NCBI RefSeq assembly: GCF_009914755.1
Contig: NC_060940.1
DNA from: the human T2T-CHM13v2.0 reference genome, Homo sapiens
Length of the DNA stretch: 64,000 nt
Strand: one strand, 5' to 3'
The position numbers were made by a program, and so were the translations under genes. How positions within the stretch are numbered: the stretch's first letter is position 1; each line of letters begins with the position of its first letter. The notes under the pieces are model-generated. The model saw only the letters and a list, made by a program, of their open reading frames with translations. It did no database searches and was not told the origin of the DNA. Shown here in pieces: positions 1-24,492 of this stretch.

Positions 1-2
1 TT

Positions 3-266
<264 letters not shown>

Positions 267-292
267 TCAAAAAAAAAGTTAGCTGGATGTCA

Positions 293-532
<240 letters not shown>

Positions 533-850
533 CTAATTTGCACCTCTGAAATGAACTAGTATATAGTACAACCAAAATATATTAAAATTTTCCAGAAAAC
601 ATTCCATAGCTTCAACCACTTTGTCAAAAATTATGCCCAAACCCAGACATATCAAAGCAAACAGGCATGCAATTTTTATACTAGTATATCACAGTCTAAG
701 ATAATACATGTACTTATAGACAAAAACACCATGCATAGTAATTACCTTTAACAAGCACATGAAGCAGTGACTGACCTCTAAAACAAATGTCAAGTAGGGT
801 AAATGTTTACTTGACAATTAAACCAATTTTCCTATCTTAGGTTGCTATTA

Positions 851-1086
851 CAGGTTGAGCATCCCAAATCTGAGAATCTGAATACCAAACGCTACAAAAT
901 CTAAAACTTTTTGAATGCCAATGTTTAAAGGAAATGCTCATTGTAGCATTTCGGAGTTTGAATTTTGGAATTTGAGGTGTATATTAAGCAAGTAAGTATA
1001 ATGCAAATGGTTTTTAAAAAATTTTTTAAACCAAAATCCTAAATACTTCTGACCCCAAGCATTTCAAAGTAGGGATACTCAATCTG
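851..1086 (+). mobile_element. Tigger4a (MER46A-type) non-autonomous DNA transposon
   Basis: Terminal inverted repeats CAGGTTGAGCATCCC / GGGATACTCAATCTG with TA duplications. Confidence 0.8.
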
Positions 1087-1803
1087 TATTGCCTCATACA
1101 ACTATGGGGTCCCTTGTATTCAGAAGCTCTACTCGGGCCGGGTGCGGTGGCTCATGCCTATAATCCTAGCACTCTGGGAGGCTGAGGCAGGCAGATCACC
1201 TGAAGTCAGAAACTCAGGTCAGAAGCTGAGGTCAGAAGCTCAAGACCAGCCTGGCCAACATGGTGAAACCCCATCTCTACTAAAAATACAAAAACTAGCC
1301 AGGCATGTGGCGGGCACCTCTAATCCCAGCTACTCAGGAGGCTGAGGCAGGAGAATTGCTTGAACCCAGGAGCCAAGATTGCACTACTGTACTCCAGCCT
1401 GGGCAACAGAATGTGAGACTCCGTATCAAAAAAAAAAAAAGAGGCTCTACATGGTAGCTGGGAGGTGGAGGTGGCTTACACCTGTAATCCCAGCACTTTG
1501 GGAGGGAGGCAGTGGTGGGAGGATCGCTTGAGGAAGGAGTTTCGAGACCAGCCTGTGAACACAGCCAAGACTTCATCTCTACAAAAAATTTTAAAAATTA
1601 GCCAGGTGTGGTGGCACATGCCTGTAGTCCTAACTACTTGGGAGGCTGAGGCGGGAGGAGTGCTTGAGCCCAGGATTTCAAGGCTGTAGTGAGCTATGAT
1701 CACATCAATGCACTCCAGTCTTAGAGAAAGAACAAGACCCTGTCTCTAAAAAAAATAAATTAAAAAAAAAAGCGGCGGGGGGGCGGCCAGGCACGGTGGC
1801 TCA

Positions 1804-2137
<334 letters not shown>

Positions 2138-2379
2138 TTACTACTGGCATTAAGAAGTAAAAGTCATCACTCAGAAAAGAAAGCTGTTTCACATTTGGGG
2201 GGAAAAAATAAGACTAGGGTGCTAACAGTACTGAATAAGCCTATATTACATTAAATCAATAGAGAAAAATCTATGAAAATTTGTACTTGTGCCAATAGCA
2301 AAATAACAATAGTCTGAACACAGACAACAAATGAAATAAACGCGTTGTTTTATGTCCACTGAAGCCAGGAAGAAAAATA

Positions 2380-2720
2380 CAGTCCCATACCACATAATGA
2401 CATTTCAGTCAACAAAATGGTATATGGGACCACATATACAATGGTTGTCCCACATATTATAATGTATTTTGCTGTAACTTTTCTGTTTAAATATATAAAT
2501 ACCATTGTGTTATAATTGCCTTCAGTATATTCAGTATAGTAACATCACTGTATGGGTTGGTAGCTTAGGAGGAATAGGCCATACCACATAGGCAAACTGT
2601 ATACAGTACATTATACCATCTAGGTTTGTTACAGTATACTCTATAATGCTCACACAAAGACAAAATTGCCTGATGACACATATCTCAGAAATGCATTCCT
2701 ATTGTTATGCAATGCAGACC
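2380..2720 (+). mobile_element. Tigger3a/MER7A-type DNA transposon
   Basis: Starts TA|CAGTC...CACATAATGACATTTCAGTCAAC; internal ACCATCTAGGTTTG motif. Confidence 0.7.
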
Positions 2721-4025
2721 ACAAAAAAGAAAAGGGAGCCTTATACTCCTAAAGGTATTGGTCTACTTATTTACTTTAGAAACAAGTAGAACATTAGTTT
2801 CCACAAAAATGCTCAAAATAATTAAAAGTATTTCAAATTTAAGGAAACAAGAGGTCCTCTGAAGCTTCATTTACAAATGTATCTGCATTCCAAATACTCC
2901 ACAACAATTAAAACTTCATAGAGATACCGTATCTCCATGTTGTCCCATATCTCACCATAATAACAGGCACATACTATATTAGCAAGGCTGTGGGGAAATA
3001 GATGCAATAACACTGCTGGTTTTACAAAATAGAAAAATCCCTATGGAGGAAAATTTTGCGATACCTAACACAATCGCAGATGAATTTACCTATTATTCTG
3101 ACACATCCACTTCTAGTAGTCCAATTATACATTGGTAAAAATGATGGATGCAAAACACTGCTCACTGCAACACTGTATGTGATACAAAAGCGAAAACAAT
3201 GCAAATTTCCACCAGTAGGAGACTGGTTGACTACAGTACAGAACAGCCATTCAATGGAGTATTATGCAGCAAGTAAAAGAAATAAGGAAGCTCTCTAATT
3301 GTATGGAGTGAACTCTAGGATATAAGATCAAGAAGCAAGTTGCATATTATCTCTTCTACAGTGAAGGATAGGGATAAATATACGAATAAGTATGTATTTG
3401 TTTTTAATATAAGATAACCCAAAAATATTAATGATAGTGACTAACTACAGGAGAAAAGGAGAACAAGGTAGAGGTATCAGAGTTCAAAGGAAGATTTCTC
3501 CAAATGTATCTTGCTTTAGAGTTTTGACTTTAAAACCACACCTATATTTTACCAATCACAAAAACAAAAGCAAACAAACAAACCACTAAATTAAAAAGAA
3601 ACTTCCAAAAAGACCAGTGCCATGGGTTAGAAAAACAGGGTACCAAGCAGTAGATGGTAATTATATTATACTGCATTGAATCCAAAATGCCTTCAATTGT
3701 GTAAGCCACACTAATATTTTATGTCCTATGCAAAAACAAAAAAAGTAATTCCACCAATTGTAATATAAGACACATCACCAATGAGACACATCATTTCAGA
3801 AATGTTAAAGTAGGAAGAAAAATAAAATGGGCACTTTAGAATAAAATATGGTAAATTAAAATATTCACCTTTACTATTTAGGGATAAATTCTTATTTCTT
3901 ACACAGTTTCAAACTTAGAAGTGGCAAGAATTGGCCGGGTGTGGAGGATCACCTGTGGTCAGGAGTTTGAGACCAGCCTGGCCAACATGATGAAACCCCA
4001 TCTCTACTATAAATGCAAAAAATTA

Positions 4026-4249
<224 letters not shown>

Positions 4250-6829
4250 TCACGCCAATGGTATACATTTGCCTTATTAACCTAACCATTATTTCTATAC
4301 TTTTCGCCCTGAAGCATTGGTTTGGATATACCATGAATTTATCCCTAAATGCTTCACTACATGTTTTCTTCTTTTTTTGAGACAGGGTCTCACTGTCGCC
4401 CAGGCAGGAATGCAGTGGTACAATTATGGCTCTGCCTCTGCCTCCTGAGTTCAGATGATCCTCCAACCTCAGCCTCCCCAGCTGCTGGGACTCCACGCAT
4501 ACAGACCATGCCCAGCTAATTTTTAAATGTTTTTTTTCAGAGACGGGGTTTCGCGACATTGCCCAGGCTGGTCTCAAACTCCTAAGCTCAAGCAATTTGC
4601 CCACCTCAGCCTCCTAAAGTGCTGGAGTTACAAGTGTAAGCCACCATGCTCAGCCTTCACTATATATTTTCTATGAACAAAAACATTTTCCTACATAGCC
4701 ATGTAAAATCAAACATCAGAAGCTTAACAATGATAAAATAAATAGGCCATGTTCACATTATACCAACTATTCCCACAATGCTCTTCAAAGCTATTTTTCC
4801 CATTGCATTAAGTTGTCACCTCTCTTCAGGTCATTTAATCTGAAAGATTTTCTTAGCCTTTACATGTTCTTCTTGACTTTATTTTTTTAAGTACAACTCA
4901 GGGCCAAGTGCAATGGCTCATACCTGTCATCCCAGCACTCTGGGAGGCAGAGGTGGGCAGATCACTTGAGGTCAGGAAGTTCAAGAGCAGCCTGGCCAAC
5001 ATGGCAAAACCCCATCTCTACCAAAAATACAAAAAATTAGCCAGGTGTGGTAGTGTGCGCCTGTCGTCCCAGCTACTCAGGAGGCTGAGGGAACTGCTTG
5101 AACCCAGGAAGCAGGGGTTGTAGTGAGCCGAGTTCGCACCACTGCATTCCAGCCTGGGCAAGAGAGCAAGACCCTGCCTCAAAAAAAAAAAAAAAGTACA
5201 AGTCAGTTGTTTTGTAGAATGTCCCTTGATTTGAGTTTGTCTGATGTTCTAAATTCAAATTAGGTATTATAACCTTACAGAATAAATTACCTTGTATTCT
5301 TCTCAGTGCATTTTATGAAACACATGATGTAGGTTTCAGATGGTGATCACTTTGATCAGTAGACTAACATGGTATCTGACAGGTTTTTCTGAAGTTGTTT
5401 TCCCCCTTTGTAATTACAATGTAATTTGTGGAGAGATATTTTCAAACTACATAATTATCCTGCTCTTCAAACATATATCCATTACTATTAACACACATTA
5501 AAGATTACAACTCCATCGTAATTCTTCTATATTTATTAGTTGAAATAACTTTCCTTCTCTGGTATTTATTATCATCAGTATGGACTCAAAATACTTTGGA
5601 TACATTATCTTACTAAATTTTTCAACAAGTACTGCTAATAGATCAATTAAAGAAATTAATTGAAACCTGGAAGTTAGGTAAACTGCCTTCTTACAATAAA
5701 AACATTTTGCGCAATTTTAACAGGCAATTAACTTTCCAGAATATTCCACTGCAGATGGATTAAAATGTATAAATGTAAAAGGTTACACTTTAGAACTTGA
5801 AACTGTAGAACATTTAGAGCTTATAGAGCAGAGTGCTTTGGAATGGATAATTATTTGTTGTACAAGGCAGTCTTGTGCACTGTGGAATGTTTAGCCAGTA
5901 TGATTGGTTTCTTTTTTTTATTTTTGAGACGGAGTTTCACTCTTGTTGCCCAGACAGAGTGCAATGGCAAGATCTTGGCTCACCCCAACCTCTGCCTCCC
6001 GAGTAGCTGGGATTACAGGCATGCGCCACCACGCCTGGCTAATTTTTCTATTTTTAGTAGCGATGGGATTTCTCCATGTTGATCAGGCTGGTCTTGAGCT
6101 CCCAACCTCAGGTGACCCACCCTCGGCCTCCCAAAGTGCTGGGATTACAGCTGTGAGCCACCGCGCCCAGCCTAGTATCATTGGTTTCTACACTACTAGG
6201 TATTAGAGGCACGTTTCTCTCTAATTATAACAGCCAAAAAGACCATCAGGCCAAGCATGGTGGCATGCGTCTATAGGACCACCTACTCACAAGGCTCAGG
6301 CAGGAAGACTAAGCCAGGAGTTCAAGGTTGCATTGAGCTATGATTGTGCCTGTGAACATGCACTGTACTTCAGACTGTACAACAACACAGTAAGACCTCA
6401 TAAGAAAAAAAGAAAGAAAGAAAAAAAAAGGCTGAGCATAGGTGGCTTATGCCTATAACCCCAGCGCTTTAGGATGCAGAGAGGACTGCTTGAGCCCACG
6501 AGTGAGCCATGATCACATTACTACACTCTAGTCTGGGTAATAGAGTGAGACTATTTAAACAACAACAAAAAGAAATAATGCTGGCCGGGCGTGGTGGCTC
6601 ATACCTGTAATCCCAGCGCTTTCGGAAGCCAAGGCAGGAGGAGTGCCTCAGCTCAGGGGTTTGAGACCATCCTGGGCAACATGGTGAAGCCCCATTTCCA
6701 CAAAAAATTAAAAATAAAAATAAATTTAAAAAAAGGCATGCATGGTGGCATATACCTGTAATCCCAGGTAATTGGAGGCAAGACATCATCTCAAAAAAAA
6801 AAAAAAAAACCTTCTCATAAAGCAAAACG

Positions 6830-13700
<6,871 letters not shown>

Positions 13701-13849
13701 TGTATCATAAATAGTATAGGACTTTGGACTTAAAACCATTGGACCATTTTAAACTGCTGTCACTTTCACTGAACCTCTTCTTCCGCAAGTCTACAATTAT
13801 TCATATAATCCAATTCAAAAAAAGTCATATTCATGTATGTACTTCTTAC

Positions 13850-14001
13850 CCTGCACAAGCTTGCAGACAGGCCAACATTGTCGCCAAAGTTTCTGGAGGA
13901 AGTTGAGCACTTTTGGGCTGGTCTTTTTCTGGGGCAAGTCCGCCCAAAATAGAAGGACACCGTCTCTTTAAAAAAGTCATACACGCCTGGATAAAAGGCT
14001 C
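13850..14001 (-). CDS. CNOT1: CNOT1 exon 16 ([17 protein letters not shown]...LQACAG)
   Basis: 152 nt, CAG|GAG acceptor, AGG|GTAAGA donor. Confidence 0.96.
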
Positions 14002-14247
14002 CTGAAGAATAGAAAAGTCTCTCAGTGTATTTAAAATTGATCTTAAATGTTTTTGGATTAAAGATAACTACTAAGCACTATAACTAAAATCCAAAATAAG
14101 TAACATCTTCATTGCCATTTAAAAAAGTTGTTTCTTTCAAATTTTTCTTTAGTTTATTACTGCTGCACAAATTTTAAAAGTTGTACTTGATAGCCATTTT
14201 AGCCACCAAAATTTAAGAGCAAAAATAAATGAACAAATCCTGCTTAC

Positions 14248-14370
14248 CCCATGCTCTCGAATTTTATCTGTGAGCCACTTATCAAGTTTGAGGTATTCAC
14301 GACGTGAAGCAAGTGCAGCAAGGTCAATAACAAAGGCAAATGGAGTACCATTTAGCAGCATTGACAAGGC
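14248..14370 (-). CDS. CNOT1: CNOT1 exon 15 ([13 protein letters not shown]...DKIREHG)
   Basis: 123 nt, TAG|GCC acceptor, GGG|GTAAGC donor. Confidence 0.96.
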
Positions 14371-14735
14371 CTAAAGGACAAAGCACATTAGATAATGCAA
14401 ATGGAGCAATTAAGTAACTATCTCTGTCCCATATTCTGTTTTTCGCTTTCCACAAACAAGTTCAAATAAAACACACTGCTAATACTTCCTTGGTCACAAT
14501 TTAAACAGCTAAGCACAATTCAGGGGTAACATTAGTCATTATTTTCTAAAATAATGATCACATTTTAAAGGTGAATACATGACACTACCTTCCAAACAAA
14601 CTTTACCGTGCTCTTTAAAATAACTAAACCTAGAGCAGAACAAGACTCAAAGCATGAATAATTATCCCTACCCATTTTTCAAAATCTAAACACAGGCTTA
14701 AGCACAACTATATCACCAGTACATTAATGCACCTA

Positions 14736-14999
<264 letters not shown>

Positions 15000-15305
15000 C
15001 TACACTCCAGCCTGGGCGACAGAGTAAGATTCTATCTCCAAAAAAAAAGATATAGAGTAATTCATCAAAAGATCCTGTTGATTCTCACAGAGTTGCTTAA
15101 GGGAAGAAGCATGCCTAGTTTCCCCAAAAACTGTATCTAACATAACTTATGAGAAAAGCTAACTTTTCACTATAAAACAGCTTTACAATATATGGAAGAC
15201 CAATCAAAAATAAAAACACTTTTATCTACCTAAAGCCACTCTCCTTCCTATCCTTTTTAAGAAACCTCTAAATCTCATCTCATTCTAGGAGCTAGTCACA
15301 TGTGA

Positions 15306-15650
<345 letters not shown>

Positions 15651-15702
15651 TTTTTTTCTCATTAGTAAATAAACTGGTGTCAGTCTGTCCCTCTGAACTC
15701 AC

Positions 15703-15822
15703 CTTCAAGTCCTGGGCCACATCAAGTATTCGAGACAATTTGGCCTGATCATACTGCTCCCCTCTCATGTACCATTCTGCCATTGCATGCATGATAAGTT
15801 GGCGAATTGAGGGAGACTGTCC
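15703..15822 (-). CDS. CNOT1: CNOT1 exon 14 ([17 protein letters not shown]...AQDLK; aa 529-568)
   Basis: 120 nt, TAG|GGA acceptor, AAG|GTGAGT donor. Confidence 0.96.
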
Positions 15823-17938
15823 CTAAAAAGGGGAAGAAAGATTAAATAGCAATACTGCTAAACACTGTGATAGATATTATTACAAATGCCCAGTTAATTT
15901 TGCTAGAACTTGTATAAAAATCAGGTATACCTGTGCTGACATTAAGTTCAGGCCTCAAACTATGCAATTACCATGACGTTCTTTATGGGAAAGCCAAGTT
16001 ACCTCCACATATTCCAAATAAAGCCTGTTCCTAAACTTGGGTCATATAGTCATTCAACAAACTTATTTGTCCTATTTTAAGTCTGCCTATCATTTTCAGA
16101 AACACAAATGTGAACTAGATTATGTGAACATGAGGTTACATCAAGTTTATATAATTACTTTAAATGCAAATTACTGGTATATAAATAAAAACAAAACAAT
16201 TTAAGGTAACTATTTCTGATGTTGCACAGTATAGTGTTGGATGTATCACTACTTCTGGGAGTGGCGCCTGTACACACATTCTAAATCTTATTTCCACAAA
16301 CAAGAATCTTTGATTTTTTTAATTCCATTTCTTTTTTTTTTTTACTGGCAGGTAGCCTGGTTTTCAGAAACAACGATGAATGATGCAAATATCTAGAATT
16401 CAGTGAGTATTTATCATAGAAGCAACAGCAAGACCACTACTATTGCTATATCTAAGTAATATCCCAGTTAATTGTCCTAGAGTGGCAGATGGTCTGCTAG
16501 AACAAGTATTCAATCACAAGTGAGGAGATGCAGCTCGTTTACCAGCCCTTTCTACCTCACAGCTATGGTGAGAAAGGAATGAAGACCATCTGGACTGCAA
16601 ATGCTTGGTTAAATGTTTATCATGCATTTTGTAAACTGTTAAAGTCTACAATGTTAATTGAGTCTCTAGGAAAGGAGGGGAAACTAACTGAATGACCTAG
16701 AACTAAGGCTAACATTTTTCACTTATAATAAAGAGCCTTATTTCACTAATTTGTAAAAAGCACTTGTATATAATATAAACTACTCCAAGTATGGGTAAAG
16801 GATAAAAAGTAGCTAAAAAGGGCACTCGGGGTAAAGGGGAAGAAAGTTTTTTTCTGCATGTATCATATAATGTAGGATATTAGCTTGGGAAACAGGGCAA
16901 GACTCTGTCTCTACAAAAATTCAAAAAATTAACCGGGTATGGTGGCATGTGCCTGTGGTCCCATCTACTTAGGATGGCTGAGGCAGAATGACTGACTGAG
17001 CCTGGGAGGTTGAGGCTGCAGTGAGACATGTTTGCATCACTGCACTCCAGCCTAGGTGACAGGGCAAGCAAGATCCTCTCTCTCAAAAAAAAAAAAAAAA
17101 GTAGGGGAGGGAAAAAAATCAGTGGACAAAAGAATACTTACTTGCCAAATACATTCTACAAAATTAGAGGTAAAAAGCACAGGGGCTTGAAAGGCATTTC
17201 AGCACAAACTGAAATAAAACGTAAATGTTGGATTTAGATAAATTAGAAAAGAGTGCTAATTAAAAATTGATCTGTGATCTCTCATTTCTTGTGAACATAT
17301 GACATCAATACCTTCTGCCTCCATGATAGATGTTTAAGCTCCTTCGCATAAAAAGGAAAGTGATGCCCTAGCAATACAGACCTTTCTTAATATTGAAATT
17401 ATTAAATATTGGCCGGGTGTGGTGGCTCACACCTGTAATCCCAGAACTTTGGGAGGCCGAGGTGGGTGGATCATTTGAGGTCAGGAGTTTGAGACTATCC
17501 TGGCCAACATGGTGAAATCCCACTTCTATTAAGAATACAAAAATTAGCTGTGCATGGTGATGCACGCCTGTAATCCCAGCTCCACAGGAGGCTGAGGCAG
17601 GAGAATCACTTGAACCCAGGAGATGGAGGTTGCAGTGAGAAAGACTGCACCATTGCACTCCAGCCTGGGCGACAGAGCAAGACACCATCTCAAAAAAAAA
17701 AAAAAAAAGGAAAGAAAATAAAATTATTAAATATTATTTTGCCTCCTTGCTTTTGGGATCTTGTATTTTATTGCTCACATGATTCTAAAAGATAAAACAA
17801 GTTTTATGACAGTATGACTTTTAAAGTCATAATAATTCAGAGATGTAAAAAAAAATTTCTCTGGTTGAGCTTCCTCAACACTCCAAAGAAGATCAATTAT
17901 TCAGATGAAAAAATGGTAAGCACACGGTCACATCTTAC

Positions 17939-18179
17939 CTGCCCATGCCATGCATAGTGCAAAATAATAGCTGAGTTAGGATGGTTTCCAAGGAAAATTG
18001 GCATCAGAGTGGAGATAAGTTCATGGCGCAAGGTATGCCAAGAGGTGTTAATTTGTAGTAAGGCCAATACCAGCATGTCTGGACAGTGTTTGATAGGGAA
18101 GCTGAAGAGCTGTTTGACTTGCTCATACTGCCCAACCTCTGCAAGCCTCAGCAGAGATTCAATCAAATCCAAGCTCTTC
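17939..18179 (-). CDS. CNOT1: CNOT1 exon 13 ([16 protein letters not shown]...YAWHGQ)
   Basis: 241 nt, TAG|G acceptor, CAG|GTAAGA donor; ORF track 17897..18211. Confidence 0.96.
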
Positions 18180-19148
18180 CTAACGAGAAAGGAAGAAACA
18201 TGCTTTATCAATGAAAATCCAAGTATACAGATTAATTTTCAAAATAAGTGATACCAGCTTGTAAGCACAAAACCAAGTTGGTGTCATGTTTTAATATTAG
18301 AAGTTTGAAGTCCACAGCACTCTCTTTAAGAATTATTTTTGCCCCAAGAGGTTGAAACTGGTTGACTTTAACTGAGCCTGAAGATCTAACTCTATCCTCA
18401 GCCCATGAAAACCATGGGGATAGAGAATGAAGTAAACACCATGAGAAAACAGGTAAGAAAATAACATGGGGTAGACTAGAGAACAAATGCTGTATTTCTC
18501 TATCAAATCAATGGCAAAAAATAAATTTAAAAGACAGAACAAAGACAGATTTACAGAATAAAAGAAACTATGGACTGCGTCTGGATTCTCAATCATAGAA
18601 ATTTTTAAAAGACATTTTTGAGCCAATTGGGGAACTTAAATGTAAATAACTACCTATATTAAGGAACTGTTATTTGTTAATGTGATAATGGTATTTAAGC
18701 TTTATAAAAATGGAAAGAGCCCTTTATCTGTTCAAATAAAATGAAGAAGAAACACTACTATATACATTAGACTCATAAGGAAAAAAATAAGCAATTTTTC
18801 AAATCTAATGTTGGCTACCACCTAAGAAAAGAACACACCACCACCAAAAAAAGTAAAGACAATTATTTGATCAATAACAGAAATGTGTTCTGGGAGGGTA
18901 TAGATAGAAAAAAATTGAAGATACATTATGAACTAGATCCCTTTGGGGAACAATTCAGGCCGCGCTCTCTCCCTGTAGCCCTGCGTACTTCAAAAATGAT
19001 CAAAGTACTTGTACCATTCTTTCTTCACACATTCACAGAGAGGAATGACGGGACAGAGTTCCAAGAGAAACCTGATATACACACCAGGCCGGACTAAGAT
19101 TCTACCTCGAAAATTTGAAACTGGAACTCAGAGAAACTAGATACTTTA

Positions 19149-19535
<387 letters not shown>

Positions 19536-19873
19536 TTACAAATAAAAAAAAAAAAAAGGCATAAGCTCTACAGAGAAGAAATCTCAATACTAAGGGAGAA
19601 AGGAGGAAGTACAAATCTTTCCAACATTTGATACTTTCAGATTTGATGCTTTTAAAAGAACACCTAAAGACAGACCTTACAAGATATAACTAACGATAGA
19701 GACTGAAAAAGAATTTATCTACCAACCCCCTCTATAAATACTTAAGATAAGTAAGGTCACTAAAACTACTGCTTCATTTAAACCTGTTAACTATGTACTT
19801 GGCTTACTATTAACTTTATATTTCACAAAATAAGAAGTAATCTTTTAAATGAAAGATGAATCAAAGTGTTTAC

Positions 19874-20001
19874 CATGTGGCAATTTCTCGATTGTCATCC
19901 TCTGGTGGTGCTTTCAGAATATCAGTGGCAACAGTATGACAGGGATAGTCAGCAAAACAGAAGATCTCTGGATTTATAAGGGAATGTTGAATGAAGGAGA
20001 G
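19874..20001 (-). CDS. CNOT1: CNOT1 exon 12 ([14 protein letters not shown]...NREIATW)
   Basis: 128 nt, CAG|CTC acceptor, ATG|GTAAAC donor. Confidence 0.96.
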
Positions 20002-20498
20002 CTGCAATGAAAGAAAATGCTTACCACCATAAATGATTGTGAATGCTATAAAAATCTGAAATGTTTTCATTAGGCTATTGTCAATCTTAAGGTTATTAGC
20101 ATGGCAATTTCCCGTTTAAAATCTTAATTATTTGCCCTTTGAAAACCACACATAATTCAGACACATTAAAGGTGCATAATGAAACCCTGTCTGGATTATC
20201 AATCATAACAACTATTAAAAGACATTTCTGAGCCAATTAGGGAAACTTAACGTTGCCTTGGAAATGAACATCATTAAACTATTGGGAAAACACCTTGACA
20301 GTTACACCTTAAAGGAGTCTGCCTAATACTAAAACTATGATAATATTCCTTCAATACTTATGGACAGTCCTTGCTTTTCTGTGCTATGTATAACAAATTC
20401 TACTTTACAAGAATATTTCGATCAATGGGTAGATGGCACTACATAAAGAATAAGTCATGTTTTATTCCCCCATCTATAGCTAAATACCACTTACTCAC

Positions 20499-21138
<640 letters not shown>

Positions 21139-21140
21139 TA

Positions 21141-21443
<303 letters not shown>

Positions 21444-21947
21444 CTAAAAAAAACAAACAAAAACAAAAGTTCCATTCTAGGCCAGGTACAATGGCTCACG
21501 CTTGTAATCCCAACGCTTTGCTCCCAAAGGTGGGAGGATCACTAACTAGAGCCCAGGAGTTAAAGTCCAATATGGGCAACACAGCAAAAGGAAAAATAAA
21601 TAGAGTTCAATTCCTTTATGTCTTATTTAAGCCCTTCAATATTTTAGTAGAGGTACTTTATTTTTTATTCAGTTTGCAACCGAAGTAGAAGTGGCAAGAT
21701 AATTATGATTTTCACTGTTCTTATCCACCATAAACAAGAGTAACTTAGAAGTAGCACCCCAAATTACAAGGTAACAACCCTAATGAAAAAATTTAAATTT
21801 GGTTACGTACTGCCTGCAGTACACAATTAACTTGGACACTTTATTACTTTTTGAGTTAACGAAGGTGGAAAATTCTTAAAAATTTGCTTTCTTTGGACTA
21901 TATCATTCAAATACCACAAATCAAAAATCATCATCACATATACTCAC

Positions 21948-22058
21948 CAGTTCTTTAAGAACGTCAATCAAGACTTCTACATTCCATGTGTGTGCCTGTG
22001 CTCCATCACTTTTATCTTTCCCATCACTCCAGATCCCACTGCCCGGAGCAGAAATACT
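21948..22058 (-). CDS. CNOT1: CNOT1 exon 10 ([13 protein letters not shown]...DVLKEL)
   Basis: 111 nt, CAG|AGT acceptor, CTG|GTGAGT donor. Confidence 0.96.
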
Positions 22059-22210
22059 CTGTAGAAGTAAAACTTGAATTAAACAAACCCAACTACTCCA
22101 TGTGTTCACTTCTGGTCGATAGAACAATCAATCATACTGTAATTTAATTAAAAAAAAATAAAGAGGACAGGACATTAACTCACTTGGTAAAATAGCTGAA
22201 TTCAACACAC

Positions 22211-22337
22211 CTGTAATGGAATGCCATCTGTTAACCCTGAATGAGTTCGAGCCATCATTCCCAAAACCCTTGCAACCTGGGCAGCTGTGACCTCCCGAAC
22301 ACCAAACTGCACGATTATATTGCGACATTCTTCAATA
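22211..22337 (-). CDS. CNOT1: CNOT1 exon 9 ([13 protein letters not shown]...DGIPLQ)
   Basis: 127 nt, CAG|T acceptor, CAG|GTGTGT donor. Confidence 0.96.
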
Positions 22338-22640
22338 CTGAAACAGAAATATAACTTCAGAAAAATGCTACCAGCCTCAACACCGAGATTGAGAAATTCT
22401 GGCATTAAATGAACCTTGTTTGAAAGCCTTAGTTTTACTAAATAAAACAGGCAGAGCAGTAAGTGTTATTTCTTGTTACATTTATACAGCTAGGAATGTA
22501 AAAACCATCTACTTCAGTAAGAAAATGGCAAAAGTCATTATTCTAAGTAACTCGGGAATGGAAAACCAAATATTGTATGTTCTCACTTGTTAGATGGGAG
22601 ATAAGCTATGAGGATGCAAAGGCATAAGAATGATACAATG

Positions 22641-23024
<384 letters not shown>

Positions 23025-23216
23025 TAAAAAATCAGTGTAAGAGCCGGGTGTGGTGGCTCACGCCTGTAATCCCAGCACTTTGGGAGTCTGAGGCGGGTGG
23101 ATCACGAGGTCAGGAGATCAAGACCATCCTGGCTAACACAGTGAAACCCCATCTCTACTAAAAATACAAAAAATTATCTAGGCGTGGTGGCGCTCACCTG
23201 TAGTCCCAGCTGCTCA

Positions 23217-23339
<123 letters not shown>

Positions 23340-23507
23340 TCAGTGGAAGAAAATAAGACTCATGAGTAATGCTCTCTTTCACAATAACAAAATTATCTTC
23401 AATCTTCTTTAAGATTTTAACATCCAAAGTGAGTTTTATTATTCTGATATGTACACAGCCTTGAAAATCCATCCTAACTTTTTTTTGTTAGTCTCGCTTT
23501 TTTTTGA

Positions 23508-23609
<102 letters not shown>

Positions 23610-23667
23610 TGAGTAGCTGGGATTATAGGCACGTGCCACCACACCTAGCTAATTTTTGTATTTTTAG

Positions 23668-23793
<126 letters not shown>

Positions 23794-24492
23794 TAACTTT
23801 TCACTATGCATCTTATTCAGTTTGATTAACAAAAATTATATGCCAGGCACAAGTACAACACTCACAAATGCACTATTTCAAACCTCAGTGAGAATGTGAT
23901 TTGTCTGAGAGTTTTTAAAACATAAGGATTTTTAAGTCAAAGCAAAGCACATTAATCCCCTTAATAATTTGCTTTTAGAAAAATATTAATAATCCAGTGT
24001 ATCACAGTCTTAAGTGCTACTAACAGTGTGAAACAATATCCTTTGGTGCCCTAAGCAAGTGAGAAAAATACGCAAGAGGCAGAAAAGGAAGGAAGCCACA
24101 GAAGAAGGCAGAATGAAGAAATTAGAGGGGTGGGGGTCAGAGAGGAGAAAATTAGTCACATTAAGTGTAAAGCGATACAAGTTCCATAAACACTAACTTG
24201 CTTCAATGCTCTCTCTTCCTTCCAAAAGCCAAAATATGCCTATTGTGGCAACTAGCCTGGAAACCTCTGGCTCCTAATTTTGAGAAACTGGTGAGGGGAA
24301 GGAGATAAACATTTAACACCCAGGATGTTTACAGCTGTCACACACACTAGTTCGTGGAAGATTAAAATTTAGAAGCATGCCTCTTGAGAAGAAAAGATGA
24401 TTAACTTTAAGGAATTTTAGAGACTTTTTTTAAAGAATTACATCATGTTTGGCACAAGAATAATCAGAAGCTTAACACATTTTACTACCAAC

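Noticed and set aside
16322-16408. Plus-strand exon-like pattern (pyrimidine tract-CAG, 51 nt, TCA|GTGAGT) followed by MIR-like sequence
   Set aside because: No partner exons or promoter visible; such motifs arise by chance on the antisense strand
17813-17831. Near-perfect palindrome TATGACTTT-T-AAAGTCATA
   Set aside because: A 9-bp AT-rich stem is expected by chance in 64 kb
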